From Vulcanimicrobiota bacterium (GTDB lineage Bacteria; Vulcanimicrobiota; Vulcanimicrobiia; Vulcanimicrobiales; Vulcanimicrobiaceae), in the NCBI GenBank assembly GCA_963695225.1, contig OY968762.1, forward strand, positions 2,368,001 to 2,432,000: a DNA stretch of 64,000 nucleotides, in the 5' to 3' direction. How positions within the stretch are numbered: position 1 is the first letter of the stretch; each line of letters starts with the position of its first letter. Shown one piece after another: positions 32,237-44,248 of this stretch. The position numbers and the translations under genes are program-made. Below the pieces are notes generated by a model. That model searched no databases and was not told the DNA's origin. It worked only from the letters and a program-made list of their open reading frames with translations.

Positions 32237-32284
32237 TCTCACCGCTTCTTTCTCCTCCGGCTCGAAGCATATCGAGCTAGTCGA

Positions 32285-32314
32285 GTTATATCGCGATATA
32301 TCGCGATATGTCAA
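32285..32314 (-). promoter_or_regulatory. padR promoter with palindromic operator
   Basis: TTGACA (32314-32309), 18 nt, TATAAC (32290-32285); perfect 22-bp palindrome ATATCGCGATATATCGCGATAT at 32288-32309. Confidence 0.82.
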
Positions 32315-32375
32315 GACATGGCGATGCCCGGGCTTCCCGCGGGCGGCGAAGGGACGGCCGCCGTCCGGCCGGTTC

Positions 32376-34667
32376 TCAGCGAAGCGCGTTCAAGCGGGTC
32401 GCTAGGTATCGTGCGACGAGCTCGTGACCGGCCTCGGTCCAGTGCATGTTGTGCGGCTGATAGGGGCAGGGGGCTTCGGCGCTCAGAACGGGGCGTAGAT
32501 CGATGTAGGCGATGCCGAGGGAATCTGCGATCTCGCGCGTCATCCGTTGCGGCAGCTCGGGATCGTAGCGGCCCGTATCCCTCAACAATCCCTGCGTTTC
32601 GTAGCCGAGATCGCCCGAGCGGCAGACCTGAAGCGATGACGGGACCATCGCGATGACGACGCGCGCGCCGATGCGCCCGGCGATCTCGCGGATTTCCTGC
32701 AGCCGCTTTCGCGTATCGACCCTCGATTCGGCGAGTCCGGCGCGCTGCCGGTCGAATGCGGCCAAGTCGCCGAACGCCGCCGCCACCGGGTCCGGCTTGC
32801 GCGCCAAGCGCGCTTTGAGGACGTGTCCTTCGAGCTTGAACCATTCGCTGAGCTGCTGCATGGAGACGAGTGCTTGCCACCCGTATGGATCGGGGCGGCC
32901 GAAGCCGACGTCCGTCCGAAACGCATCGTCGCTTTCGAGCACGTCCTGGTAGTCGTTGACGAAGAACTCCATCAGTATGACGTCGGGCCGGTAGCGCGGC
33001 GCATACGAGCGGACCGTGGCGGCGTACTGATTCGGGCCGTACCCGGTAATGGCAAAATTGAGAACCTGCACGGGTTTGCCGGTCTTCCGCGTCAGATCTT
33101 GCTCGAGGAGCCGCGGCCAGGTGCGGTCCGTATCGAGCCCCTCGGCGCTCGTGAATGCATCGCCCGTCGTCATGATTCGGAGCGTCCCCGGCGGCTTTTG
33201 CGCAGAGACGTCGGGGCCCGGAAAACCGAGCGCGTTCGCGGTGATCCGATAATCGTAGCTGCGCCAATGCAGACGGGTCGTGCGCGAGGGAATCAGTTTC
33301 CAACCCACGACCGGATCCGGTTGAAGCGACGGCCGCTCGCCCCAACCGTACACCTCGAAGTCGACCTTGCGCGCGATCGCCGCGTTGGCGGCGAACAGGA
33401 CGATCAAGAGGCAAGCCAGCGCCGCGCCCCAGGCGCCGAGCACGCCTCCGAGACCGCTGCGCGCGAAGAGCCGCGAGTTCGCAGCTTCGGCGCGGGCGAC
33501 GCCCCACTCCAAGACCACGGCTGCCAGCGCCGACAGCGCGAGTGCGGCGACGCTGCCGAGAGCGACCTTCCCTGCTCCGCCGGTGGCCGGGTGCTTGACG
33601 AGAAGCGAGACGAACGGCTGGTGGACGAGATAGATCGAGTACGAGTGGCGGCCGATCCAGGCGAGCGCGCGCGAGCCCGTGCCGGCGGAGGCTTGCGCGG
33701 ATGGAAGTGCCGCGAAGAAGATGACGAACGCGGCAGCGCCCATGAGGAACGGCGCGACGATCATCCCGGCGAGCGTGAACGAGAGCGCGAAGCCGAGCGC
33801 GAATGTCGCGACCGCCGCCGCTACGGCGAGCGGCGCGCGCAACCGTCTTTCCATCGCCGCGCGATCGCTCGCGTACCAGGCCGCAAGCGCCATGCCGAGA
33901 GCGAAGTCCGGAAGGCGCGTTACGAAGATCGCCCCGCGCGACCATTCGTCGATATAGCCCGCGAATGCGAACAAGCCGGCGGCGCGCGCGAGGAACCCGA
34001 ACGCCAGCGACGCGGCGAGGAAGCGTCCGGCTCCGAACCGGCTCATCCAACCCCAAAGGATCGGAAACACGGCGTAGAGCTGGAGCAGCAGTCCCATGAA
34101 CCACCAGGCCGGAACCAGATAGTACATGAGTGCGGGCGTCGCCCGGATTCCGAGTGCGCTCAAGTAGTAATTGGGGCTCGTCAACGTCAGGCCGACCGTG
34201 ACGAAAGCGAGCGGCAGAATCGCGATGTGCGCGCCCCACCAGAGCGGATAGATGCGCCGTGCCCGGCTGCGGAAGAATGCCCACGGATCGAGGGCCGCCG
34301 GTGCGTTACGGCGGAAGAGCCCGTACGCTAATCCGAAACCGCTCGCCACGAGAAAGACGGCGACTCCGTTGTCGCCGGTCCAACCCACGTAACGGAAGAC
34401 GTTGACGGGGATGCTGCGGATACCGCCGGGGAGCGGGTGCATCTGGGCGATCCGCTCCGCCAGGAGCGGCCAATCCGCGTTGGGATTGCCCGCGAACGGG
34501 TCGCCGAAAATCTGCTCGGAGAGATGGCTGAGCACGATCCAGATCATCGCGAGCGCCTTGACCAGATCGAGCCAAAGCAACGAGCCGCGCGACGAAGCGG
34601 CGCCCGTGCTGGTTCCCTGCGCCGGAAACTCCGGCGTCCTCTCTACCGTCGTCGCCACAAATAGCAC
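32376..34667 (-). CDS. Acyltransferase-3 fused to SGNH/AlgX-like domain (OatA-like architecture)
   Basis: WLDLVKALA...H, GV.VF...SGFGL, R..RIYP, IGRHSYSIYLVH; C-terminal GDAFT, NFAITGYG, ND, HW..AGH. Start uncertain. Confidence 0.85.
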   Translation of the reverse strand: MLFVATTVERTPEFPAQGTSTGAASSRGSLLWLDLVKALAMIWIVLSHLSEQIFGDPFAGNPNADWPLLAERIAQMHPLPGGIRSIPVNVFRYVGWTGDNGVAVFLVASGFGLAYGLFRRNAPAALDPWAFFRSRARRIYPLWWGAHIAILPLAFVTVGLTLTSPNYYLSALGIRATPALMYYLVPAWWFMGLLLQLYAVFPILWGWMSRFGAGRFLAASLAFGFLARAAGLFAFAGYIDEWSRGAIFVTRLPDFALGMALAAWYASDRAAMERRLRAPLAVAAAVATFALGFALSFTLAGMIVAPFLMGAAAFVIFFAALPSAQASAGTGSRALAWIGRHSYSIYLVHQPFVSLLVKHPATGGAGKVALGSVAALALSALAAVVLEWGVARAEAANSRLFARSGLGGVLGAWGAALACLLIVLFAANAAIARKVDFEVYGWGERPSLQPDPVVGWKLIPSRTTRLHWRSYDYRITANALGFPGPDVSAQKPPGTLRIMTTGDAFTSAEGLDTDRTWPRLLEQDLTRKTGKPVQVLNFAITGYGPNQYAATVRSYAPRYRPDVILMEFFVNDYQDVLESDDAFRTDVGFGRPDPYGWQALVSMQQLSEWFKLEGHVLKARLARKPDPVAAAFGDLAAFDRQRAGLAESRVDTRKRLQEIREIAGRIGARVVIAMVPSSLQVCRSGDLGYETQGLLRDTGRYDPELPQRMTREIADSLGIAYIDLRPVLSAEAPCPYQPHNMHWTEAGHELVARYLATRLNALR

Positions 34668-34766
34668 CTCAGTCTAAGGTTGGATTGTAACCGGGACGGC
34701 CGTAGCGCCACAGGGTCGTTCGGACCGCCGCCTGGAGCGCTTTCGAATCTGCGCACGATCGCCGAA

Positions 34767-36272
34767 TCAATGCACTCGGCGGGGTTCGGCGATCCTGGCA
34801 GCGGCCGGCGCAGGCTCTTGCGGCGCCGGGAGCCGGCCGCCGAGAGCGCCGCACGACGAGGCGCCCGCCAGCGCGACCGCGAGGAAGCCGCTCCAGACGA
34901 GCGCCTTCCGCGCGACCGCGTCCGGCGTCGTGGGGCGGTGGGAGGCCGCAACGTATTGCTGCCAATTCGCCGAGGCCGGAGCGTTCGGATCTTTCAAGGG
35001 CGACGGCACGCTGACGGCCTGCGCCGGCGGCGCGTGCGAGGCCAAGAAGGCGACGAGGATCGTGCCTGCGGCGGCTGTCGCGAGCCGGCGCGGCCATGGC
35101 CGCCCGAAGCGTCCGTCGAGGGCGAACGTGAGCAGGACCGCGAGCGAGAGAGCAGCGATCAGACGCCCGCCTCCAACCGCCTCCCAAGGGATCGCGATCA
35201 GGGCGACGCCGGCGAATGCGAGGGGCCGGTCGCTGGGACGGCACCGCGCTGCCAAGAACAAGGCCGCGGGGAGCGCGATCGGCATCTGGACGCCGTGGAT
35301 GAAGACGCCGCCGATGAGGACCGCGGCCGGCGGGAGCGTGACGATCAGTTCCGGGCTGCGCAGCGCCGCGGCCCAGGGGCGGGCCAGGACCAGCCCGAGG
35401 ACGAGCATCACGGCATAGGAGATGCTCCCGGCTCGGAGTGCGGCCTCGGCCGGGACGCCGAGTTCGTGGAGCACCCAGGTGAGGCTGAACTGGTCGTTCG
35501 CGAGAAGCTCCGAACGGGCATGGGCGGGCAGGACCGCTTGGAAATACTCCGCGGTTCCGGTGAGCCCGACCGCGGCGATGCTCGCGGCGCCGCAAGCGAG
35601 CCCAGCGAGGACGAGCGTGAGGCGGGTTTTCGGGGCGAAGAGGAAGAGCGCCAAGCAGGCGGCGAGGCCCACGTGCGGCTCGATCATCGTGACGGCCGCG
35701 GCGAGCGCGGCGCCCACGTAGCGCCGCCGCGCGAGCAGCAGCGCGGAAAGGCTCAGCGCCGCGATGCAGATCGGGGCCAGCTCGCCTGAAACGAGGTTGA
35801 AGAAGGCCGCATTCGGCGCGAGGGCGGCGGCGATCGGATACCAAGGAAGGCCTGTGGCCCGAGCGAGCGCCCAGGTAGCCACGACGATTGCCATCAGGGA
35901 GAGCGTGGTCCAGCAAAACGCCGCGGTGGAGAAATCGAACCAGCGGAACAGCGAGAAAAAGGCGAGCGCGTAGCCGGGGAGCGGGGCCGGCTCAACGATC
36001 CCGGGCGGGTATACGCCGCGGGGCGCCGCCTGCTCGCAGGCGAGGAGCGGCTGGAGCCGATACGGGTTCCCGCCGGCTGCGGCGATCTTCCCGCCGCAGT
36101 CGAACGCGAGAAACGCATCCTGGACGAGGACCCGGTCGACCGCTTTCGGAGCCGCCGCGTAGGCGATCCAAACGAACAGCGGAACTGCAACGAGGGCTGC
36201 TACAAGAACGAGCCGCTTCAAAATGCCTGTCCTGCCCCGGTACGTTGCACGCTCGCTCCCCAACGCCGGCAT
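34767..36272 (-). CDS. Polytopic membrane glycosyltransferase (GT87/DUF2029-like)
   Basis: D..AF.C.G...G.NPY, PLPGY, many TM helices. Start uncertain. Confidence 0.65.
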   Translation of the reverse strand: MPALGSERATYRGRTGILKRLVLVAALVAVPLFVWIAYAAAPKAVDRVLVQDAFLAFDCGGKIAAAGGNPYRLQPLLACEQAAPRGVYPPGIVEPAPLPGYALAFFSLFRWFDFSTAAFCWTTLSLMAIVVATWALARATGLPWYPIAAALAPNAAFFNLVSGELAPICIAALSLSALLLARRRYVGAALAAAVTMIEPHVGLAACLALFLFAPKTRLTLVLAGLACGAASIAAVGLTGTAEYFQAVLPAHARSELLANDQFSLTWVLHELGVPAEAALRAGSISYAVMLVLGLVLARPWAAALRSPELIVTLPPAAVLIGGVFIHGVQMPIALPAALFLAARCRPSDRPLAFAGVALIAIPWEAVGGGRLIAALSLAVLLTFALDGRFGRPWPRRLATAAAGTILVAFLASHAPPAQAVSVPSPLKDPNAPASANWQQYVAASHRPTTPDAVARKALVWSGFLAVALAGASSCGALGGRLPAPQEPAPAAARIAEPRRVH

Positions 36273-36483
36273 CGTGCGCTTCGTCCACCGCGAGCGCCTG
36301 CGACCGAACCGACGCAGGCTCCACGCCGGGAACGCGAACGCGGCGCCTTCTTGTAACGTGTCGAACTACGCTGGGAAGGAGCTGGCGGCGCCGGCTTTCA
36401 CTATCGCCAGCTAAGTGTAGTTGCCGCCGCCGGGGGCGTCCACATCCCTCGGGGCCCCTCGGCCGGGACTTCGGGCTCAATCG

Positions 36484-36765
36484 TCATTCGAGCCAATCTC
36501 GCGGATCGTCGCGGCGCTCGGCGAGCACCTCGTAAAGCGTCTCGGGACGCAAGCGCGGCGTCACGCGCTCGGGGACCTCGAGGATGCGCACGGTGAGGAC
36601 CTTCCGTGCGTAGTGCAGGACGATCGTATCCCCGGGCTTGACGTCGTAGCCGGGCTTGAACGCCCGCCCGTCCTCGCGCAGGATCCGCCCCGCCTCGAGC
36701 GCGTCGTGCGCCTCGGTGCGGCGCTTCGCGAGGCGCGCGACTTTCAAGAACTTATCGAGCCGCAG
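36484..36765 (-). CDS. S4 RNA-binding protein (YabO/RqcP-like), probable CTG start
   Basis: (M)[17 protein letters not shown]...GRI...KPG..VKPGD; AAGGAGG 9 nt before CTG at 36765. Confidence 0.88.
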   Translation of the reverse strand: MRLDKFLKVARLAKRRTEAHDALEAGRILREDGRAFKPGYDVKPGDTIVLHYARKVLTVRILEVPERVTPRLRPETLYEVLAERRDDPRDWLE

Positions 36766-37162
36766 AGCGCTGCGCCTCCTTCGGAGTGACGCAGGTCCCG
36801 CGGGCGCGGACGACCACGACGGGTTCGGCGAGCACGTCGGCGGCGCTCGGGGAGACGTCCGGGCGCGCGGCGATCACTTTGCGCGCTTCGAACTCCATCG
36901 TCCGCGAGGTGGTCCCGGTCTTCGTGATCCAGCCTTCGGCTTCGATGAAGTCGCCCGCGTGCACCGGCGCTTTGAACTCGACGAGGTCGTAGGCGACGAA
37001 GAGACCTTCGTCGCCGTCGTGACGGATCAGCAGTTCGGTTGCGACGTCGCCGAAGAGGCCGAGGATCCGCGCGCCGTCGACGAGGTTCCCGCCGTAATGT
37101 GCGTCGTGCGCGCTCATGCGCAGGCGGACCGTCACGCGGCCTGCATCTTCGCGAGCAGCCAT
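36752..37162 (-). CDS. kal: 3-aminobutyryl-CoA ammonia-lyase-like hotdog protein
   Basis: [19 protein letters not shown]...[32 protein letters not shown]. Confidence 0.85.
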   Translation of the reverse strand: MAAREDAGRVTVRLRMSAHDAHYGGNLVDGARILGLFGDVATELLIRHDGDEGLFVAYDLVEFKAPVHAGDFIEAEGWITKTGTTSRTMEFEARKVIAARPDVSPSAADVLAEPVVVVRARGTCVTPKEAQRSAAR

Positions 37163-38316
37163 AGCTCCTCCAGTTCGTCGAGCGAAAGGTCGTTCAGCAC
37201 GCGCCCTTCGCTCTGCGCGCGGCGCTCCATGAACGTGAAGCGCCGGTAGAACTTCTCGTTCGCCTGCCGCAGCGCCGTTTCCGCATCCATGCCGAGGGCA
37301 CGTGCGACGTTGACGATCGAGAAGAGCACGTCGCCCATCTCCTCGCGGATATGCGCTTCGTCCCCCTCGCGCCGCGCCTGCTCCAGTTCTGCGAGCTCCT
37401 CGGCGAGCTTTGCCCGGACGCCGGCGACGTCGGGCCAATCGAAGCCGACGCGGGCCGCCTTGTCCTGCATCTTCTGCGCGCGCTGCAGCGCGCCGAGGCC
37501 TTTCGGAATCCCGTCGAGCTTGCTGGCGCGCGCCTTGGCCGCGGGCTCCTCCGCCTTGAGCGCTTCCCAATTCTGCCACACGTCCGCGATGCTCGAGACC
37601 GCTTGATCTCCGAAGACGTGCGGATGGCGGCGGATCATCTTGTTCGAGAGCGCGTCGACCACGTCGGCGATCGAGAACTTACCGCGTTCCGTCGCAAGCT
37701 GCGCGTGGAACACGATTTGCAGCAAGAGATCGCCGAGCTCTTCGCAGAGCTCGGCGTCGTTCCGGCTCTCGATCGCGTCGACGACTTCGTAGCTCTCTTC
37801 GATCAAGTACGGGACGAGGGAGCGATGCGTCTGCGCCCGGTCCCACGGGCACGAACGGCGCAAGCGCGCCATCACCTCGACGAGGTCGTCCCAGCTATGG
37901 TGCGAGGAAGCGGGGGGCAGAGGCACGAGCGGCATCGCGATCGAGGCCGCCAGCGTCGCGCGCGGCATGCCGGGGACGATTTCGCAGCGCCGGCCGATGC
38001 GTTCGAGCGCGCGCAGTAGGATCGGCAGCCCGGGGAAGTCCGAGAGCGGGTTCCCGAGGACGCCGAGCGCGAGGTCGCGCTCGTCGAGCCCGGCGACGAA
38101 CGCGTCGAGCGTCTCCGTCGACCCGCGAATGAAGAGGCTTTGGTCGATGATCCGGCCGCGAACCAGCTCGACGCCCTCGCTCTCGAGGAACAGGCACAGT
38201 TCCGGCGGCGCGAGCACGGTGACCGCACGCCCGACCGCCCGCAGCGATTCGAGGCTGCCCAGCGTGAGCAAATCGGGGTCGCCCGGCCCGAGCCCGACGA
38301 TGCGGATGAACGACAT
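37132..38316 (-). CDS. mazG: MazG nucleoside triphosphate pyrophosphohydrolase with methylase-like N-terminus (YabN type)
   Basis: IVGLGPGD N-terminus; [30 protein letters not shown]. Confidence 0.92.
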   Translation of the reverse strand: MSFIRIVGLGPGDPDLLTLGSLESLRAVGRAVTVLAPPELCLFLESEGVELVRGRIIDQSLFIRGSTETLDAFVAGLDERDLALGVLGNPLSDFPGLPILLRALERIGRRCEIVPGMPRATLAASIAMPLVPLPPASSHHSWDDLVEVMARLRRSCPWDRAQTHRSLVPYLIEESYEVVDAIESRNDAELCEELGDLLLQIVFHAQLATERGKFSIADVVDALSNKMIRRHPHVFGDQAVSSIADVWQNWEALKAEEPAAKARASKLDGIPKGLGALQRAQKMQDKAARVGFDWPDVAGVRAKLAEELAELEQARREGDEAHIREEMGDVLFSIVNVARALGMDAETALRQANEKFYRRFTFMERRAQSEGRVLNDLSLDELEELWLLAKMQAA

Positions 38317-38348
38317 CCCCCGTCACTTCGCAGCGACGGGGGCGCGAC

Positions 38349-39278
38349 CTACTTTGCGGGCGAAGCCGCCGGTGCCGGCACCTGCGGGAACACGTCCTTG
38401 AAGCGGTCGTCGGCGACGTCGATCTTCGCCTTCGCGCGGAGCGTCTGCAGGAAGAGCGGGACCTGGAGCTGCTCTTGCTGCTGCGTCAGCAGCTCCTTGA
38501 TCTTGTCGTGCGAGCTCGCGAGCGTCGCCTTCTCGGCGGGCTTGTACTCGAGGAGCTGGATCACGTGGTACCCGAACGGCGACTTGACGGGGGCGCTGAC
38601 TTGATTCGGCTTCAAGGCGAACGCCGCCGTCTCGAAATCCTTCGTCATCTGCCCGCGGCCGAAGAAGCCGAGGTCGCCGCCTTTGTCCTTGCTGCCGGGG
38701 TCGACCGAGTATTGCTTGGCGAGGTCTTCGAACGTCGCGCCGCCCTTGAGCTTGCTTTCGACGAGTTCCGCCGTCTTGAGGTCGGCCACGAGGATGTGCC
38801 GGGCGTGGACCTGCTCGCCCTTGTCGAGCGAGGCGTGGTTCTGGTCGAAGTATTTCTTGATGTCGGCGTCCGTGACCGTGATGTCTTTCCCGACCGCGCG
38901 CTCGATGACGAGCTGCTGACGGATGATGTTCCGTACGTCCGTGTCGGTGAGCCCTTGCTGCTTGAGGACGCTGTCGAATTGCCCGGCAGGGAAGCGCGCC
39001 TTGATCTCGTCGAGCTTCTTCGAGATGTCGGCATCGGCGATTTGAACGTTGTTGTCCTTGGCGTACTGGTCGACGAGGACGCCCTGCACGAGCTGGTTGA
39101 GCACGGCCTTCGCTTGCGGGAGCGCCGCGAGCTTATCGTTGAACTCGGCGCGCGAGATCTTCTGGCCGTTGACGGTCGCGATGTCGCCGCCGGACGTACC
39201 CTGCGAGCACGCGGCGAGCGACAGACCGAGGGCGACCGCGGCGAAACCGGCGGCGAGACGGGAAGCGTACGACATCAT
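38349..39278 (-). CDS. prsA: PrsA-like parvulin PPIase lipoprotein
   Basis: Lipobox LAAC; HARHILV, F.DLAKQYS.D.GS...GGDLG, SPFGYHVI. Confidence 0.9.
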   Translation of the reverse strand: MMSYASRLAAGFAAVALGLSLAACSQGTSGGDIATVNGQKISRAEFNDKLAALPQAKAVLNQLVQGVLVDQYAKDNNVQIADADISKKLDEIKARFPAGQFDSVLKQQGLTDTDVRNIIRQQLVIERAVGKDITVTDADIKKYFDQNHASLDKGEQVHARHILVADLKTAELVESKLKGGATFEDLAKQYSVDPGSKDKGGDLGFFGRGQMTKDFETAAFALKPNQVSAPVKSPFGYHVIQLLEYKPAEKATLASSHDKIKELLTQQQEQLQVPLFLQTLRAKAKIDVADDRFKDVFPQVPAPAASPAK

Positions 39279-39361
39279 AACTCCACGGACATAGGAACGG
39301 GGCCTCTGCGGCCCCCACGAACCTCTCGACCTTCACACGCTGCGTCGCCCGACTCCTGCCG

Positions 39362-39919
39362 CTAGCGCGCGCAGTGCTGTTTGAGATCCTCGAGACGCCC
39401 GACGGGGATGACCTCGAAGCGCGAGGCGACGGGGATTTGAATGTTCTTTCCGGGTGTGAAGTAGTTGAAGGCACCGGCGGCGATGCCGATCCCCGGGATC
39501 GGGACGGCCGAGACCACGCTCGGAACGCCGGCGTTCGCGCCGTGTGATTCCGTCGCGCCGGTGCCGAGGCTCACGTCGAGCCGGGTTCCGTCGGCGAGCT
39601 TGAGATACCGCGCTTCGAGCACGAGCGCCCCCGTCTTGCCGTGGGCGCCGGCCGAAACCACTCCCGCGACGAGCCCGTAGCCCGGCCTCCCGGCCGGGAC
39701 TCGCGGCCCCTCGGGGAGCCAGACCGTGTCGAGCGTCCGAAAACGGAAGACGTCGCCGACCTTCGCCGTCGCGGAATCGATCGGCGTTTCCAACGCAACG
39801 CGCAGCGCAGGACAGGGCGGCAACGGCTCCGTTTCGGCCGCCGTCGCACGGCTTGGGGCGCACGCGAGCGCGAGCGCGCAGATACCGAACGCTACCGCCC
39901 AAGCAGTCACGAGACGCAT
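39362..39919 (-). CDS. Exported hypothetical protein (VirB10/TrbI-like beta domain)
   Basis: Signal peptide; LETPIDSATAKVGD.F...VPAG...G.V pattern. Confidence 0.65.
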   Translation of the reverse strand: MRLVTAWAVAFGICALALACAPSRATAAETEPLPPCPALRVALETPIDSATAKVGDVFRFRTLDTVWLPEGPRVPAGRPGYGLVAGVVSAGAHGKTGALVLEARYLKLADGTRLDVSLGTGATESHGANAGVPSVVSAVPIPGIGIAAGAFNYFTPGKNIQIPVASRFEVIPVGRLEDLKQHCAR

Positions 39920-39963
39920 CACTGCAGAAACGAAACGGACGCGCGCTCCGTTCCGATACGCGC

Positions 39964-43524
<3,561 letters not shown>

Positions 43525-43598
43525 GACCTGGAAACGTGCCGCGCGGCCCCGCCGGGCACCTGCGCGCACGCAGGCCGCGAAAGACGGACTTGGCGAAA

Positions 43599-43638
43599 TT
43601 GGCACTCTATTGACAAGACTGCCAACGAAGTTTAGGAT
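43599..43638 (+). promoter_or_regulatory. CIRCE (HrcA operator) overlapping the hsp20 sigma70 promoter
   Basis: TTGGCACTC-N9-GACTGCCAA (43599-43625); TTGACA 43610-43615, 17 nt, TAGGAT 43633-43638. Confidence 0.85.
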
Positions 43639-43678
43639 GGTGGCGTATCCTATGCTTTTTGGAGGCTCTCACGCACAC

Positions 43679-44059
43679 ATGGCCACTCTGATGCTGCAAG
43701 GTCGTCCCGTCGCTCGCGCTACCTCGCCGTTTGCCGACCTGCTCGGCTTCGATCCGTTCCGCGGGATCGCCGGCGGCGGGTTCACGCGCTTCGCCGCGTA
43801 CGACGTGAACCGGACCGAGACGGGCTATACGGTCGAGCTCCCCGTGGCCGGCTTCTCGCCGGAGCAGGTCGACGTCACGCTCGAAGAGCGCGTCCTCTCG
43901 ATCGTCGGCAAGAACGAGCAGCGCTCGTTCACGCGTTCCCTCGTCATCCCCGACGACGTCAACGTGGACGGAATCGAAGCGAAGGTCGAAAACGGCCTCT
44001 TGACGCTGACGCTGCCTTTCCACCCGAAGGCGCAACCGAAGAAGATCGCCGTCAACTAA
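43679..44059 (+). CDS. Hsp20/alpha-crystallin small heat-shock protein
   Basis: VAGFSPEQVDV, F.RS..IPDDV...IEAKVENGLL.L.LP, C-terminal KIAV; GGAGG upstream. Confidence 0.92.
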   Translation: MATLMLQGRPVARATSPFADLLGFDPFRGIAGGGFTRFAAYDVNRTETGYTVELPVAGFSPEQVDVTLEERVLSIVGKNEQRSFTRSLVIPDDVNVDGIEAKVENGLLTLTLPFHPKAQPKKIAVN

Positions 44060-44081
44060 GGCGCTCGGGCGAGCGTCCACG

Positions 44082-44115
44082 AGGGCACGTGCCGGCGGGC
44101 ACGTGCCCTTTTTCT
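44082..44115 (+). terminator. Terminator after hsp20
   Basis: 12-bp stem AGGGCACGTGCC/GGCACGTGCCCT followed by TTTTCT. Confidence 0.85.
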
Positions 44116-44248
44116 CATGCGCGGGTGCCTGCCGCCAGGGCGAAAGTCCCGCGGGATTCACGGCCGGTCGCGCAGCAAGAGGGGCACAAGGACGTTTGAG
44201 ACGCTTCATTATGTGAGCGTCCGTGCGGCTATTCCGGAGGGCACGATC

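Noticed and set aside
36364..36480. Possible SRP, 6S, tmRNA or known riboswitch
   Set aside because: Diagnostic motifs (SRP CAGG/GGAA/AGCA, tmRNA ends, cobalamin or fluoride cores) not found; kept only as an unnamed structure.
44182..44200. GGCAC as a sigma54 -24 box
   Set aside because: No TTGC -12 element at the required spacing in either copy.
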